The translations under genes were made by a program, and so were the position numbers. This document shows, in pieces, positions 38,287 through 50,478 of a stretch of 64,000 nucleotides of DNA (position 1 is its first letter; each line of letters begins with the position of its first letter). The DNA comes from Camelus ferus (lineage: Eukaryota), in the NCBI RefSeq assembly GCF_009834535.1, contig NC_045696.1, forward strand, positions 7,504,001 through 7,568,000, given 5' to 3'. The notes under the pieces were generated by a model. The model ran no database searches, had not been told where the DNA came from, and saw nothing but the letters and a program-made list of their open reading frames with translations.

Positions 38287-38470
38287 CAAGTTTATACTGT
38301 ATAGCACATGGAACTATATGCAATATCTTGTAGTAACTTATGGTGAAAGAGAATATGAAAAAGAATATATGTATGTTCCTTTATGACTGAAGCATTGTGC
38401 TGTACACCAGAAATTGACACAACATTGTAAACTAACTATACTTCAATAAAAATATAAAATAAAATAAGTA
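38287..38470 (+). mobile_element. Short 5'-truncated young L1 3' end with TSD
   Basis: L1 3' terminal text flanked by aaacagtaa(g/a)tgaaacaa on both sides. Confidence 0.85.
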
Positions 38471-39083
38471 AAAACAGTAAATGAAACAATAAAATGAAAG
38501 AATAAAAGCATTTGCTAAAGAAAAAAATTCTTAAAAAAATGTAAATAGAAAAGAGAAAAAGTTTAAAAAAGCAAATTTTTAAAGGGATTCAGCAATTTAA
38601 AAAATGATGTTGGGTGTCTTTGGACAGAGAAGGGGAAGACAGGAGGGGGTGACTTTCACTTGCAACAAACACTTTCTGTACTGTTTGGATTGTTAGAATA
38701 TTTGCATGTATTACTCCTATTTTTTAAAATTAATGGATTATTTGAGCTTTGAACTTATAGGCCATTTTGCTTTCTTTTTTATACTTTTTCTGCAGTCTTA
38801 AAAACTATAAATATAATTTCAAGGGTTAAATATAGAAAAATCCTGACAAACTTACAAACTTTAAAGCAGGCACTAATTAAACCTAAAGATGTCTTAAACA
38901 AAAAAGGTGATTATCAAACAATTTTTTTCCTTTCAAAATATTTATTTCAAGTAGAAACTGGGAAAACAACCACGTGTAAGATGGTTAAGTGAAAAACCTT
39001 GATGACTACACTCATTTGCTCCTCAAAATATAAAAAGCTGAAAATAAGGTTACATCAGGTACTCTGATTGACAACAGTGTTAC

Positions 39084-39089
39084 TTTATT
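39084..39089 (-). terminator. Candidate RIPPLY3 polyadenylation signal
   Basis: TTTATT (AATAAA on -) about 615 nt past the stop; alternatives at ~39220 and ~38941. Confidence 0.4.
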
Positions 39090-39703
39090 CAAGTAACAAG
39101 TCCAAAGCGGTCCCCAGTTGAGAGTTAAAGCCATTCTCTCTAGTCATACACACAGCCCTTAGACAAGAATCAGATACATGTTTATCTAGAACTGTCCCCA
39201 CCCCCCAATTCGTATCTTTTTTATTTTTGTCACTCTTATGCAAAGTATTCAGTGTTTTGGTTTTTTTTTTTTGGTTTTTTTTATAAATACTTTTCTCCCC
39301 CCAGAATGCCACTAAATAACCACGTTAGCCCTGGATGACAATATATAAATCATTTTTACAAAAGCATTAATAGCTAAATAAGGAGCCTCAGGTTAAGTGA
39401 GAGGTATGGGTGGGTTATACATCCGTGCGGGAAAGATTTGTCCCTTGGTCAGCAGAGTGACATTGCTGAATGTGCTTTGAAAGGTGCCCCCACCCACTTA
39501 ACAACCCCTGTGGAATAAAATGTTCGCTTGATCCTAGAATCCTGTCTCAAACGTATGAATACGGCACCAAGAATGACCAGGAGAAGGAAGAGTAAAAGCT
39601 GAGTCCTCGCGATGCGGGCAGTGCTGGCCAAAGTCCCTGCGCGCCCAGCGGAAACGCAGAGTCCTGGCACACGTGAGGTGGGTCTGGCGCGGGAGAGACC
39701 GGT

Positions 39704-39983
39704 TTACTCGGATGAGGAGCACCCAGCATCCTCCGGAGAGTCACGGTGGGGGAGAAGACCATCACCATGGAGACCACCGTGGCCTCCCGGCCTCCATCCT
39801 GCGTTTGTCCTCGGGTCTCGGCGCTTTCCCTCTTCCACCTCCAGGGTTTCCTCTTCTTGCTCCCCATCTGAGTCTGACTCGTCGTTGTAGAAGTGAATGG
39901 TGGCTTGAACTGGGAAACTGGCCAGCACCTTCTCCCCGGAACTCTGCAGGTACTCTTGACGCTTAGAGATGGGTAAATAAAGT
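39704..39983 (-). CDS. RIPPLY3: RIPPLY3 last coding exon; total CDS 519 nt, 172 aa
   Basis: Acceptor atattag; (R)LYLPISKRQEYLQSSGEKVLASFPVQATIHFYNDESDSDGEQEEE...GCSSSE then TAA. Contains the Ripply-domain FPVQATI motif. Confidence 0.96.
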
Positions 39984-40984
39984 CTAATATTTAAGAAACA
40001 AATACACCGTGAATCAACCTTAAAACAGTCCTAAACTCCACCTGGAGGAGCCTTTTCCCTGGAAGCAGCTAACTCCGAGCCTGCCTCTCTGATTTTGCCT
40101 TTGCTGCGCACAGCAGGGTTTTTTTGTTTGTTTGTTTTTATTTTGTTTGTTTGTTTTTAAGCTACCAGAACACAAAATTGTGAGCAGATTTGGGGGGGCA
40201 GGAACCTGATAGTGAACCCTGCACTAGGTCAGAAATGAGCTATAATCTGAGAGAAATTCAGTTTAGATAGATGCAGGGAAATGGTGTGTGTGCTTCCACG
40301 GGGGTAATAGGATAGGGAAACACTGAGTTGGAAGGTTAAGAGGCTCTCTCTGGTCAAACAGAGGACCTGACTGACTATGCTGGATCATATACGTCCTCTT
40401 GAGGTCAGGCCTCAATCCCTCCTAGACCCTCAAGTATGGGGAATATTGTGACTTTGGAGGAAACTTGACCCTGAAACCCTGGTCTGGAGAAGTGGCTAAT
40501 CTTTCTGAACGTCACCACAGAAAGGCTGCAGGGGTGGGTCCCTCGCTTTGGCAGAAGAGAAAATGGCATTGCTGGCAATTTGTCTAGAAGAGAGAGGGAA
40601 AGAGAAAGAAGGAGGAAGGAGAAAGAGAGAGGGAGGGAGGGAAAGGAAGAACAGAGATATATAAAATTTGGAACATTTAAATCCAGGTTTGGTGAATTTA
40701 TGATTCCAATTATACATGAAAATTATTTTAAAATGCCCCCACTCTCCCCATCCTCTTATCCTTGTAGCTTGACTCACTAATTTTTGCATTTTTACCCATG
40801 GTCTTCTGAGGGTCTGGGAGGGATTATCAATTGATCACTGTGTATTTGCAAAGCTGATTTCAATCCCTTCCCCGCCCCACCCACCTCCCTGCCTTTTTTG
40901 GATAGAGGAGAAAAGGGAACCAGAAAACATCCTACTATAAATAATATAGGACAATTTTTAACTATCTAAGAATTCCAGTAGATG

Positions 40985-41695
40985 GTGGCTCTCTACCCCC
41001 AGGGGACATTCAGCAATGTCTGGAGACAGCTTTAGTTGCCGCAACTGTTAGGAAGCTACTGGCTTTAAGCGGGTAGAGGCCAGGGATGCAGCTTAACACT
41101 CTTGCAACAAAGAGTGATCCGGTTGAGTCAACTGAATTTGTTTCTTTTCTTTTTTTAATTGTCAGTTTATAATGTGTCAATTTCTGGTGTACAGCATAAT
41201 AGTTTAGTCATACATATACAAACATATATTCATTTTCATACTCACTTTCATTATAAGTTACTACAAGATATTGAATATAGTTCCCTGTGTTATACAGTAG
41301 GACCTTGTTGTTTATCTATTTTATATATAGTAGTCAGTATCCGCAAATCTGGAACTCCAATTTATCCCTTCCCACCCCCTTCCCCTCCTGATAACCTTAA
41401 GTTTGTTTTCTATGTCTGTGAGTCTGTTTCTGTTTTGTAAATAAGTTCATTTGTCTTTTTTTTTAGATTCCACATATAAGTGATATCATATGGTATTTTT
41501 CTTTCTCTTTCTGGCTTACTTCACTTAGATCGACAATCTCCAGGTCCATCTATGTTACTGCAAATGGCATTTTATTCTTTTTTATGGCTGAGTAGTACTC
41601 CATTGTATAAATATACCACAACTTGTCAACTGTCTTTCAATCAAAAAAATTTATCCAATCCAAAGCAGTGGTAGTCCCAAGGTTGAGAAACTCTG
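40985..41695 (+). mobile_element. MER20-like hAT element split by an L1 insertion
   Basis: ccccaggggacattcagcaatgtctggagaca..gggtagaggccagggatgc; resumes at ~41650 and ends aaggttgagaaactctg. Confidence 0.7.
41140..41620 (-). mobile_element. Young L1 3' end, minus strand
   Basis: T-rich tail, then tgtcaatttctggtgtacagcata..aatatagttccctgtg..tgtctgtgagtctgtttctgttttgtaaataagttcatttg..agattccacatataagtgatatcatat. Confidence 0.85.
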
Positions 41696-42374
41696 TGACA
41701 AATGGAATGTAAATCTAAGACAGTATAGTTTAGTGGTGGGTCATGTTGAAAATTAGGTCTCATGCTGAAGTATTTGCAAATGAATGCAAAAGATGTCTGG
41801 GATTTGCTTTAAAGTACTCTAACAACAAAAAAATAGTTGGGAGAGATGATAAACATGATCTGATCCAGAGAACACTGACAATTACTCAGGCTGGTGATGG
41901 GCACGTGGGGGTTCACCATACCATTCTCTCCATTTTTGTGTAGGTTTGAAATTTTTGTGATAAAAAGATAAAATTGCTGTATTCAGTTTGCAATACTTGG
42001 TTACACAGATGCAGCTCACATATTGCCAGTCACTGCATTCTCAATGAATCAAAAATTGGGGAGCAGCAGAAAGTCTGCAAGGCAGGTCCGGGGGCAGGTG
42101 TGCAGGGGAGGGCTCACCAGGCATGAAGGAGGGGTGGTTCCCAACCCCGGTGGCATGTAAGATCACCTGGGAAGCCTATAAAAGTAGATACCTGCACCTT
42201 TCTCCATACCCCAGAGGAATCACCCTGCATATGTATTTTTAAAGCTTCTCCAGTGAGGACTGAAGAACCACTGATGTGAAACACTAGGAAAACTTCCTTT
42301 TTCACAAAAATCACTCTTTGATCAGTATGATGGGCTCTAAATTTCATCTCCAGCAATTAAAATCTTGGGATTTT

Positions 42375-42510
42375 ATTTATTTTTTATTATTTTTGGGGGG
42401 GTGGTAATTAGGTTTATTTATTATTTTTTTTAACAGAGGTACTGGGGATTGAACCCAGGACCTTTTTCATGCTGAGCATGTACTTTACTACTAAGCTATA
42501 CTCTCCCTCT
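42375..42510 (-). mobile_element. tRNA-Ala-derived SINE (Vic-1-like)
   Basis: ggtaattaggtttattt..gaggtactggggattgaacccaggacc..agctatactctccc. Confidence 0.85.
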
Positions 42511-42534
42511 CTTTGGGTTTTATTAAAGCTTCCA

Positions 42535-42712
42535 AAACAACAAGTTTATAATGTATAGCACAGGGAACTATATTCACTATCTTGTAGTAACCTATAATGA
42601 AAAAGAATATGAATAGGAATATATGCATGTATATGTATGACTGAAACATTGTGCTGTACACTAGAAATTGACACAAAATTGTACACTGACTATAATTCAA
42701 TTAAAAAAAAAT
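42535..42712 (+). mobile_element. Short 5'-truncated young L1 3' end
   Basis: aacaacaagtttataatgtatagcacagggaactatatt..tgactataattcaattaaaaaaaaa. Confidence 0.85.
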
Positions 42713-43461
42713 GCTCCCAGTCTTCCAGGATAACTAGGGTAAAAAATACTCTGACAAGACTTGACAGCATTCGCTAGGTTAGGTTTGTTTCAGTGAAGGA
42801 AATGAGAGCTGGAGAGAGACAGGCTAAGAGGAAAAGGAGAGATGGACACAGAGAAACAGATAAAAACCCTGAGCATGAACCACTTGCCTAAAATGGAAGA
42901 AATGAAAGAGGATACAGCCATGAGGGTCCTGATGGCTGCCAGGACCACGAAAGAACTGAGAGAGGCCAGAGGAACCAACTGTGGTCCAGCATCTATCCAA
43001 TCCATCATTTAAGAAGTCTACTTTGCACTCGGTAATATATTAACTTATACCCTGGGAGAAAAATAGAAACGCACCTAAGTCTAAGCAAATAAGCTGATAC
43101 ATATATATAATTCATATGCAATTAAATTTAACACAAGGCAAAATATGTAATGAGAGGTATAAACAAAAGATGTAAAGAGAAGAGAGAGGCCAATTTCAAC
43201 TTACAACTGAAACACTGAATGAATGAATAAATGAATAGATTCCAGAAATCCAACAAAGTATCTTTGAAGTTCCTTGGGGTGATAATAACTAAATGATATT
43301 GGGGAATATACTAAATTATTTTCTATTTGTTGGAAACGTATACACTTGAAGACACTAGAGTGTATTAATGCTTATATTAAAAGGAATTGATTTTTAAAAG
43401 ATTTTTAAAAGGAGAAAAAAATAGGAAATGAAATATTTCTTACAGTGAAGTCAGATATTAC

Positions 43462-43529
43462 CTTACAGGATGCTGAAACCCAAAGGCCCCTTTTGATCCA
43501 AATGTTCGTTGGTCACCCCCAGGCTCAAG
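43462..43529 (-). CDS. RIPPLY3: RIPPLY3 coding exon 3
   Basis: tttacag acceptor; [22 protein letters not shown] + AG; donor gtaata. Confidence 0.96.
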
Positions 43530-44227
43530 CTGTAAAGACAGACACATACAAACTCAGACACAGTCAATGAGCCTCAGAGTAGCATACCGAAGTGTTTGGA
43601 AATAAAATCTCAGTAGCCTGCACTTGTTAGCATCAGTTCCAATTTTGGAGACAGTTTAAACATCTTAACAGTATTTGATAAGCCCCTCTTCCTCTTACTT
43701 TTGTCATGGGGTCCCGGGCAAGGAAGAGGATCAGGAAGGGGTTCATGGGGCCTGGTTAAGACATCAGTGGCACTTGGGTATGCAGTTCTGGGCCCATTCC
43801 TGGTGGAGGAGAGCATCAAATTCCAAGGGGCAGGAAAATAGACTGCACATGTAGGGAAAGGTGGAGCCCAGTGTGGAATGAAGGAGACACTGCAGTGGTA
43901 AAAGGGCTACAACAGTAAGCTGAGTCCGGATACTAACACCTCAAATACCCACTATTGAGTCTAGGTTTCATTCTAGAGGCAGGCACTGAAGACCATGACT
44001 GATTTTTGAGCTGGGAGTTCAACAATCAGATCTGAGTTTTAAGGAAAATAGTAGCTGCTGGGAGCAGTGCAGAGCCCAGATTGGTGAAGTGAGGGCTTGG
44101 AGGCATCTGGCAAGATGTGATAAAGATTTGAACTTTAGTGACAAGGACCAGAAGGGAAAGGAAAGACAGATTCCAGACATTGAGTATCATCCCAAACACC
44201 CCAGACCACTTAAATATCAAGAGCAGA

Positions 44228-44590
44228 GGAGAGGCCCTGAATAGCCAGAGCAATTTTGAGGAAGAAGAACAAAGGTTGAGGCATCACACTTCTTGACTTC
44301 AAACTATATTACAAAGCTAGAGTAATCAAAACAGTGTGATATTGGCATAAATATAGACCCGTAGATCAATGGAACCGAATAGACAGCCCAGAAATAAACA
44401 TACATATATCATCAATTAATTTATGACAACAGAGCCAAGACTATTCACTGGAGAAAGAACAGTCTAATAAATGGTATTGAACAAACTGAACAGCCTCATG
44501 CAAAAGAATGAAACTGACCCCTATCTTACACCATACACAAAAAATAACTCAGACCAAGTTAAAAATCTAACAAAAGACTTGAAACCATAA
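44228..44590 (+). mobile_element. Internal L1 ORF2 fragment
   Basis: gaatagccagagcaattttgaggaagaagaacaaag..gacttcaaactatattacaaagct..cagcccagaaataaac..ctatcttacaccatacacaaaaa. Confidence 0.85.
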
Positions 44591-45539
44591 GGCTCCTTGA
44601 CACTTTAGCAGCCTTATTTTTATAATATGCTATGGTGAGCTAAGAGAAATAGTATAAGACTCTTTGGAACAAAACTTTTTCCACAATGAAATTCACTCTC
44701 TGGGGACTCCAGGAATTCAGGTCTGTGTTAAGCTCTGTTTGTAATTATAAAATATCTCTAATTGCTCAGGCTCACTCTACCACCATAAGCAATTCTGGCT
44801 GTCAGAAGTGATTTTATACCCAGTGAAGGCAGAGGATGTAATGGACAATGCAAATCTTGATGGACACCTAAAGGCAGTGTGGGTAGTACAGAGAAATAGC
44901 CTCGTTTAAGTGATGAATCCTAACCAGACTCTGTGAAATACACAGCTCACTTTTAATAGACTCTATCAACTTTCCCCCCACAAACATACACAGCTTTTAA
45001 AACTTCACACCACAAGTATCATCATTAAAGATCCTTTCCTGATGACTGAAAATGTCTAAATATTCACCCTTTGATAAGTCAGGAGAACAGAAACATATAC
45101 AAGTTACACGCCGTGTTTAAGGGGGTGTGTGTGTGTTCTTAAGAGCGAGAGAACAGATACAGGAGAGATTTTCTTGAGGGTCTCATTGCCTCCTCCCTAT
45201 GCATGCTTCTGACTCCGGAGATGCTAGGATGCAGGGAGCCTGGAAGATGGAAGGACAGACCTAGAACACAGTCCCTGATATGTCCTAGGAAGTCGTCTCC
45301 CTTGCAGGTTTAGGCTGTCATTCATTTTTCCCAGGCGGTAAGGGAGACAGCTCCCAAGTGGTGGTAGGGGAACCAAATGAGTGAGGGTGACTCCGCTGCT
45401 CAGGACACAGGGCCTTGAGACTTTCCCTCGAACTTAGATTGTATTCTAATTTTGATCTGCTTGCGCGCAATCCTGGTACAGGTCACTAGGCAGTAGTCTC
45501 ACCACTCCCACCCCTCCCCGCCAATATTTTTTAAGAAGT

Positions 45540-45790
45540 ACACAACAGGGCTCGGGAATCGAGGGATTCTCCTGCTCTGTCGGGAGAGGGCGCTGCTGAG
45601 CAAGAAGCCGTCCCTCCCCGCGCCCGGCTGCTCCTCACCAGGCTGGGGCGCCCGGGAACCGCGCCCGCGGCGCTTGGGGTCTGCGGTCACCGCCGCTGAG
45701 CGCTCCGCCCGGCCAGTCGGGCTCTGCAAAGATCCGTCCCGGGAAGAACCAGGCAGAGAGCTCTACAGCCCCCACGCACACCCACTCCTC
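45540..45790. promoter_or_regulatory. Small intragenic CpG-rich patch in RIPPLY3 intron 2
   Basis: Local GC/CpG enrichment against an AT-rich intron. Confidence 0.55.
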
Positions 45791-46029
45791 CCCCTGCAAA
45801 TCCATGGACACAACTGCTTCATCTTTTGCGCCATGCTGATAATCAACTAGAAAGTTCTTGTGGCTTAACATTTTTCTGCAAGTAATCATTTTTCTCACAA
45901 AAGGCTCTCTCATCATAATAGAAAAACAAACTGCCTTACATTAGGAAGTGTGCTTTTCATTCTTGCAAACAACTGATAGGTTCCACATACATTTCACTTA
46001 AAATAGGATGTTTTCTCCCAAGCACCTTT

Positions 46030-46181
46030 TTTTAAATTTTTTTTTTTTTTTTGCAGGGGGAGGTAATTACGTTTATTTATTTATTTAATTAATTAATTTT
46101 GGAGAAGGTACTGGGGATTGAACCCAGGACCTTGCATATGCTAAGCATGCACTCTACCACTTGAGCTATATATACCCTCCC
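46030..46181 (-). mobile_element. tRNA-Ala-derived SINE (Vic-1-like)
   Basis: Head and tail module; TSD cccaag(c/t)accttt. Confidence 0.9.
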
Positions 46182-47088
46182 TGTACCCAAGTACCTTTTA
46201 AGTCTTATGTTTAAGAACTTAAATTTGAATGCAAAAGAAGGAATTATTTTCCATCATTTAGATACTGCATGTAAGAATAACTTGGGCTAAAAAAAAATCA
46301 TATCCCTCATTAATTTCATATAGATTTTATTTGTTTCATTCTTTAAATAGTAACTGAATTAAAAGTCTCATCATTCAGATTAATTTAATAAGGGAGTCTA
46401 AAATATTTCAACTTACATTTTAATACAACAAAGGAAAGGCACATTCTATGAAAGCAAGTCATTACTTCAGTAAGTATAAAGCAGTTTAGTTACCAATGCA
46501 ATAGACAAAAGAATAGTGGCAGTGATTAATCTTCACCCACAAAGCCTTCAGCTGGAGTGTATTTGCTCAGACAACATGTGTTACCCCAGAAGTCCTTGCG
46601 GACAGGGCCCAAAAAGCTTCAGAAAGGGCCAGACGGCAGGTGGGGACTTTTAACCACACCTTCTGGGCACCCCAGACAGGGCTCTGCCCATATTTGCACT
46701 GTGGCACCAGCCCAGCACTAATGGCATACCAAAGTTTTCTCTAAGGTGAGGGGGGCAGAAGCAGCCTTCCCTTCATCTCTACCTGCTGGTTAACAGGGGG
46801 GAAAAAACAGCAGAGAAGGAATGTCTTTTAATTTGCCCTTGAACCCATAGTGGCAGCCATAGTGGCTTTGCTTTTCAAGAAAGAAGCAGCAAGCTGGAGC
46901 CAACTGGCATAAGAGTCAGGTCTGATCAACACCTGGCTGGCCCAGGATCCTACTCCCAGATCCCAAGGCACTTAGATGACTAAGGAAGGGACAGGCCGAG
47001 GAGGCCTTTCACGGTCCCTTTATTTTAGAAATGATGCCACTTGCTCGCTGAACTGCTTGACACCTACGATGTCCATACTTAACCTTAC

Positions 47089-47155
47089 CGCGCCTCGGGT
47101 TCCCGTCGGCTCAGCATCCTGGGGTGTCAGGATCCAAGGTCTCCATGGCGCTTGG
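47089..47155 (-). CDS. RIPPLY3: RIPPLY3 coding exon 2 (WRPW Groucho/TLE-binding motif)
   Basis: attccag acceptor; (S)QAPWRPWILTPQDAEPTGTRGA; donor gtaagg. Confidence 0.96.
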
Positions 47156-47859
47156 CTGGAATGGCAGGGACCAAGAGTGAAACCCAGCATCTTCTGCTTT
47201 TAAAATTAGATCATAAGAGTTTTCATTCTGATCACTCCTAATGTCTGCCTGAGGGTCACTAGACACACTAGAACATTCTCTCACGTTCTCAGGCTGTGGC
47301 CAGTGCATTTGTGCTTTTTTCTCCTGCCACATGCCCAGTTCTCTGCCTTCACGGGGCTTTGAGAACTCTCAAATCTGATACAATCATCAGGGGACACATT
47401 ATCTGAGGACTTTCTCTCCCACCCTGGCTGGATTCCGCAATTCACTCTCCCCACCAGGCTGGCTACTCCGTGGCTCACTAACTTCAACCGCACCAGCTAC
47501 TGAAGGATGTTGATTGTACAGACAGAGTTCTACTGAGTTTCACGATGCAAAAAGGGGGAATCAGTTTCTTCTCTGCTGCTGCCTGGCCACCCAGTCCCTT
47601 CCACATCTCCCCTGCTAATTTGATTTTTTTTTAAAACTACCTTAAAAAGGGCCGGTGCCCGGGGACAGCGAAAGCTGAGCCCCAAACACAGGGCAAAGAA
47701 TGTCACCATCAGTGTGACAACTAACGTGAGATGACTCCCTGCAAGGCTCGCTGAGGGGCCCTGAAGGCTTTAACGTTCCCAGCCCGGTGCATTTCAGATC
47801 TATAAACCGAAGAGTCGGCCCGTTTCCTTGCCAGGCACCTCATGGGCCTCTGCGCTTCA

Positions 47860-49200
47860 GAACTGTGTTCTGGTACCGAGACGATTCTGCGTCCCTGGCT
47901 CTGGCTAAGGAATATGCTCGGCGTCGCCGTCGGGCTCCGGGGTTCTGCGCGGATTCGTGGTGCTCAGCGCGGCCGGAGCATCTTCTCTGCGCTCCCCGCA
48001 CCGAAGCGCCGCAGGTACAGCCTCACCTCTCGGACCCGCGCGGCGGCAGTGGTTCCCGGGGCCCGTCTCCCGGGCAGTCACAGACGCGTCCCCGCGCCTC
48101 CCGGGCTCCGGCCGCTGCCTCTGATCTCATGGTGCCCTCGGAACCCGCGCCCCTCCAGCGGCGCCAGCGCTCGGCCGCGCCTTTAACCGCTCGGGCTAGG
48201 GCGCTCACCTACCCGCGCGCTCGGCGCCAGGTTTAAAAACGGGGGCGGGGCGGGGAGAGGACACGGGAAACCCGGGAGAGGGTGGGGTGGGCACCGGAGA
48301 AGGACAAGCAAAGCTCAGGGAGGGAGCGCGGCGGTGGGGAGGGGACGAGGTCAAGGAGGGGAATCGGGAAGCCCAGGGCAAGGGTGTGGAGGGGACAAAG
48401 GAAACCCTGGGAGGATCGCCAAGGGCGGGGGCAAGGAAGCTCGGGGAGGGGACGGCGGGAAGTGACACGGGAAGCCTGGAGAGGGGGACACGTCGGGCGG
48501 GGGTCTTGGGCGGTTGCGTCGGGTGCACCCTCTCCGGGGCTGGAAGCTACAGGGAGATCGCGGAGGGGCCTCCCCTGCCCGGCGGTGAACAGAAGTGTCC
48601 CTGGCTTCCTTCCGCCTCCCTGGGGTCTCTGCGGCCCTTGGTGTTCTGGTTCCTGCACGAGAATCTAGGTCCCAGATTTGCGGAAAATCTCACGTCCACC
48701 ACTTTAGAGCGGACGCGGGGTTTTGGGGGGCGGCTATAGAAGACTGTGACCCGCCCTGCCTCTGGTGCTGGACCGCGGGCGCCGGGACATCGTGGCCGCT
48801 ATGCTCAAACTGGGGCGGGGGCGGGGGCGGGGGCGGGGGTGGGGTGGGGTGGGCGGTGGGCAGCGACGCTTTCAGGAGAGAGTTCTCGAGATGAGAGCAC
48901 CCTTCCCACCGATGGGGACCTTGGAAAAGGATGTGGCTTTCTATGGGGGTGGGTGGGAGTTTCCTCTGGTTAGCCCCAGGCTGGGTACAGAGAGCCTGGG
49001 CGATGCGGGAGGGCGCGCGTGCCCTGGGACCACTTGGGCGGCTGCGGTCGTCACCAGCGCTGGGCCTGGATGCCACAAGTGCTATATTATCAGCAGAGCC
49101 CAGCGACAGAACCCTGAGGGCCGCAGGCCTGGACTCGGGCCCCTCGCTTAAACAGGATCTGTTCCTCGGTATCCCACGGACGCTGCGTCTGAAAATGCAA
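47860..49200. promoter_or_regulatory. RIPPLY3 CpG-island promoter
   Basis: CpG island spanning exon 1; TATA-like gtttaaaaac at 48231-48240 next to GC boxes (gggggcggggcgggg from 48241). Confidence 0.85.
48027..48130 (-). CDS. RIPPLY3: RIPPLY3 coding exon 1
   Basis: ggcaccATG (purine at -3); [34 protein letters not shown] + AG; donor gtgagg. Confidence 0.95.
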
Positions 49201-49989
49201 GCTTTATGTGACCTACATTCATGGATTTAAAGAAAAATCAAAGAACTTCAGAGACTGAAATGGTTCCACATTTTTTTTAAGAGCAACAGGTTATGACAAT
49301 GATTAAACCTAATCAAAACAAAGAGGAGGGAAATTAATAAATAACTTTATAAAATGTCACACAAATGATTTTAAAAGGCATTGAGTATAAGGATGTGGGG
49401 GAGGCGAGGAAAAGAAAGTTAGACAAGGTTGCAACAATAAGATACTATATTTAATCTACTAACATAGAAAAGATTTTATAAAGGGATGACAGACAACCGG
49501 TGTGGGTGCCTTCAGATGGGTATTGCCAGGGAGACTGTGACAGTGTAATCAGTGTGCCTTCAGAAAAGTATGACAACTTACACCACATGCCTTAAAAATG
49601 TTTGCCTGTTGGCCCAGTAATTCTACTTCAGTGTCCGTGTTAAAGATGTATTTCAAAATGGGAACGAAAATGTGTTTAGTCACAGAGGTCTTCATTATAA
49701 TGCTTTTTTCTAATGTTGAAAAATATATCTGAAAATATGACAAGGATTAAATAAATGATGGTAGAATATCATGCAGCTAATAAGAACGTTTGCTGGGTTT
49801 TGAACAGCGTGGGAAAATGCTTGTGATGTAATGTTAAAAGAACGAAATTGTATGAGTAGGACCCAAACAGAATACAGAGGCTACAAATGACAAAAAAGAA
49901 TATGGCCACTGAGTACTGGGATTACTAAGGATTCAAAACATTTTTTAAAATGTCTTCTAAATTTTCAACAGTGAGTATATATTACTTTG

Positions 49990-50275
49990 TACTTTTTCGT
50001 GAGGGCCAAAATGACGTAACATAAAATTTTTTACCATTTTAGCCATTTTCAAATGCAATTCAATGGCACTGAGTACACTAACATTGTCGCACAACCATCA
50101 TCACTATCTGTCTCCAGAACTTTTTCATCATCCTGAACTGAAACTCTGTGCCCATTAAACACTGACTCCCCCTTCCTGCCTCCCCTCAGCCCCTGGTAAC
50201 CTCCATTCTGCATTCTGTCTCTATGGATTTGACTATGCCAGGCTCCTAAAATTGGAAGCATTCGTCCTTTTGTGG
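49990..50275 (-). mobile_element. L1M 3' end fragment
   Basis: aaccatcatcactatctgtctccagaactttttcatcatcctgaactgaaactctgtgcccattaaac..cagcccctggtaacc. Confidence 0.85.
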
Positions 50276-50371
50276 CGCATGTGTTAATTTTATAAGTTAT
50301 TCATCTAATCTTCACCCCAACCTTGCAAACAGACATTATTCCTATTTTACAGATTAAGAAACTGGGGTGAA

Positions 50372-50478
50372 GGGGGAGGGTATAGCTCAATGGTAGAGTG
50401 CCTGCTTAGCATGCATGAGGTCCTAGGTTCAATCCCCAGTACCTCCATTAAAATAAATGAATAAATAAATAAATAAAT
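50372..50478 (+). mobile_element. tRNA-Ala-derived SINE (Vic-1-like), inserted next to or in a MIR
   Basis: ggggagggtatagctcaatggtagagtgcctgcttagcatgcatgaggtcctaggttcaatccccagtacctcca + (AAAT)n. Confidence 0.9.

Noticed and set aside
47787..49230. Multiple ORFs around RIPPLY3 exon 1
   Set aside because: CpG-island artefacts; only 48027-48130 (-) splices in phase into a recognisable protein.
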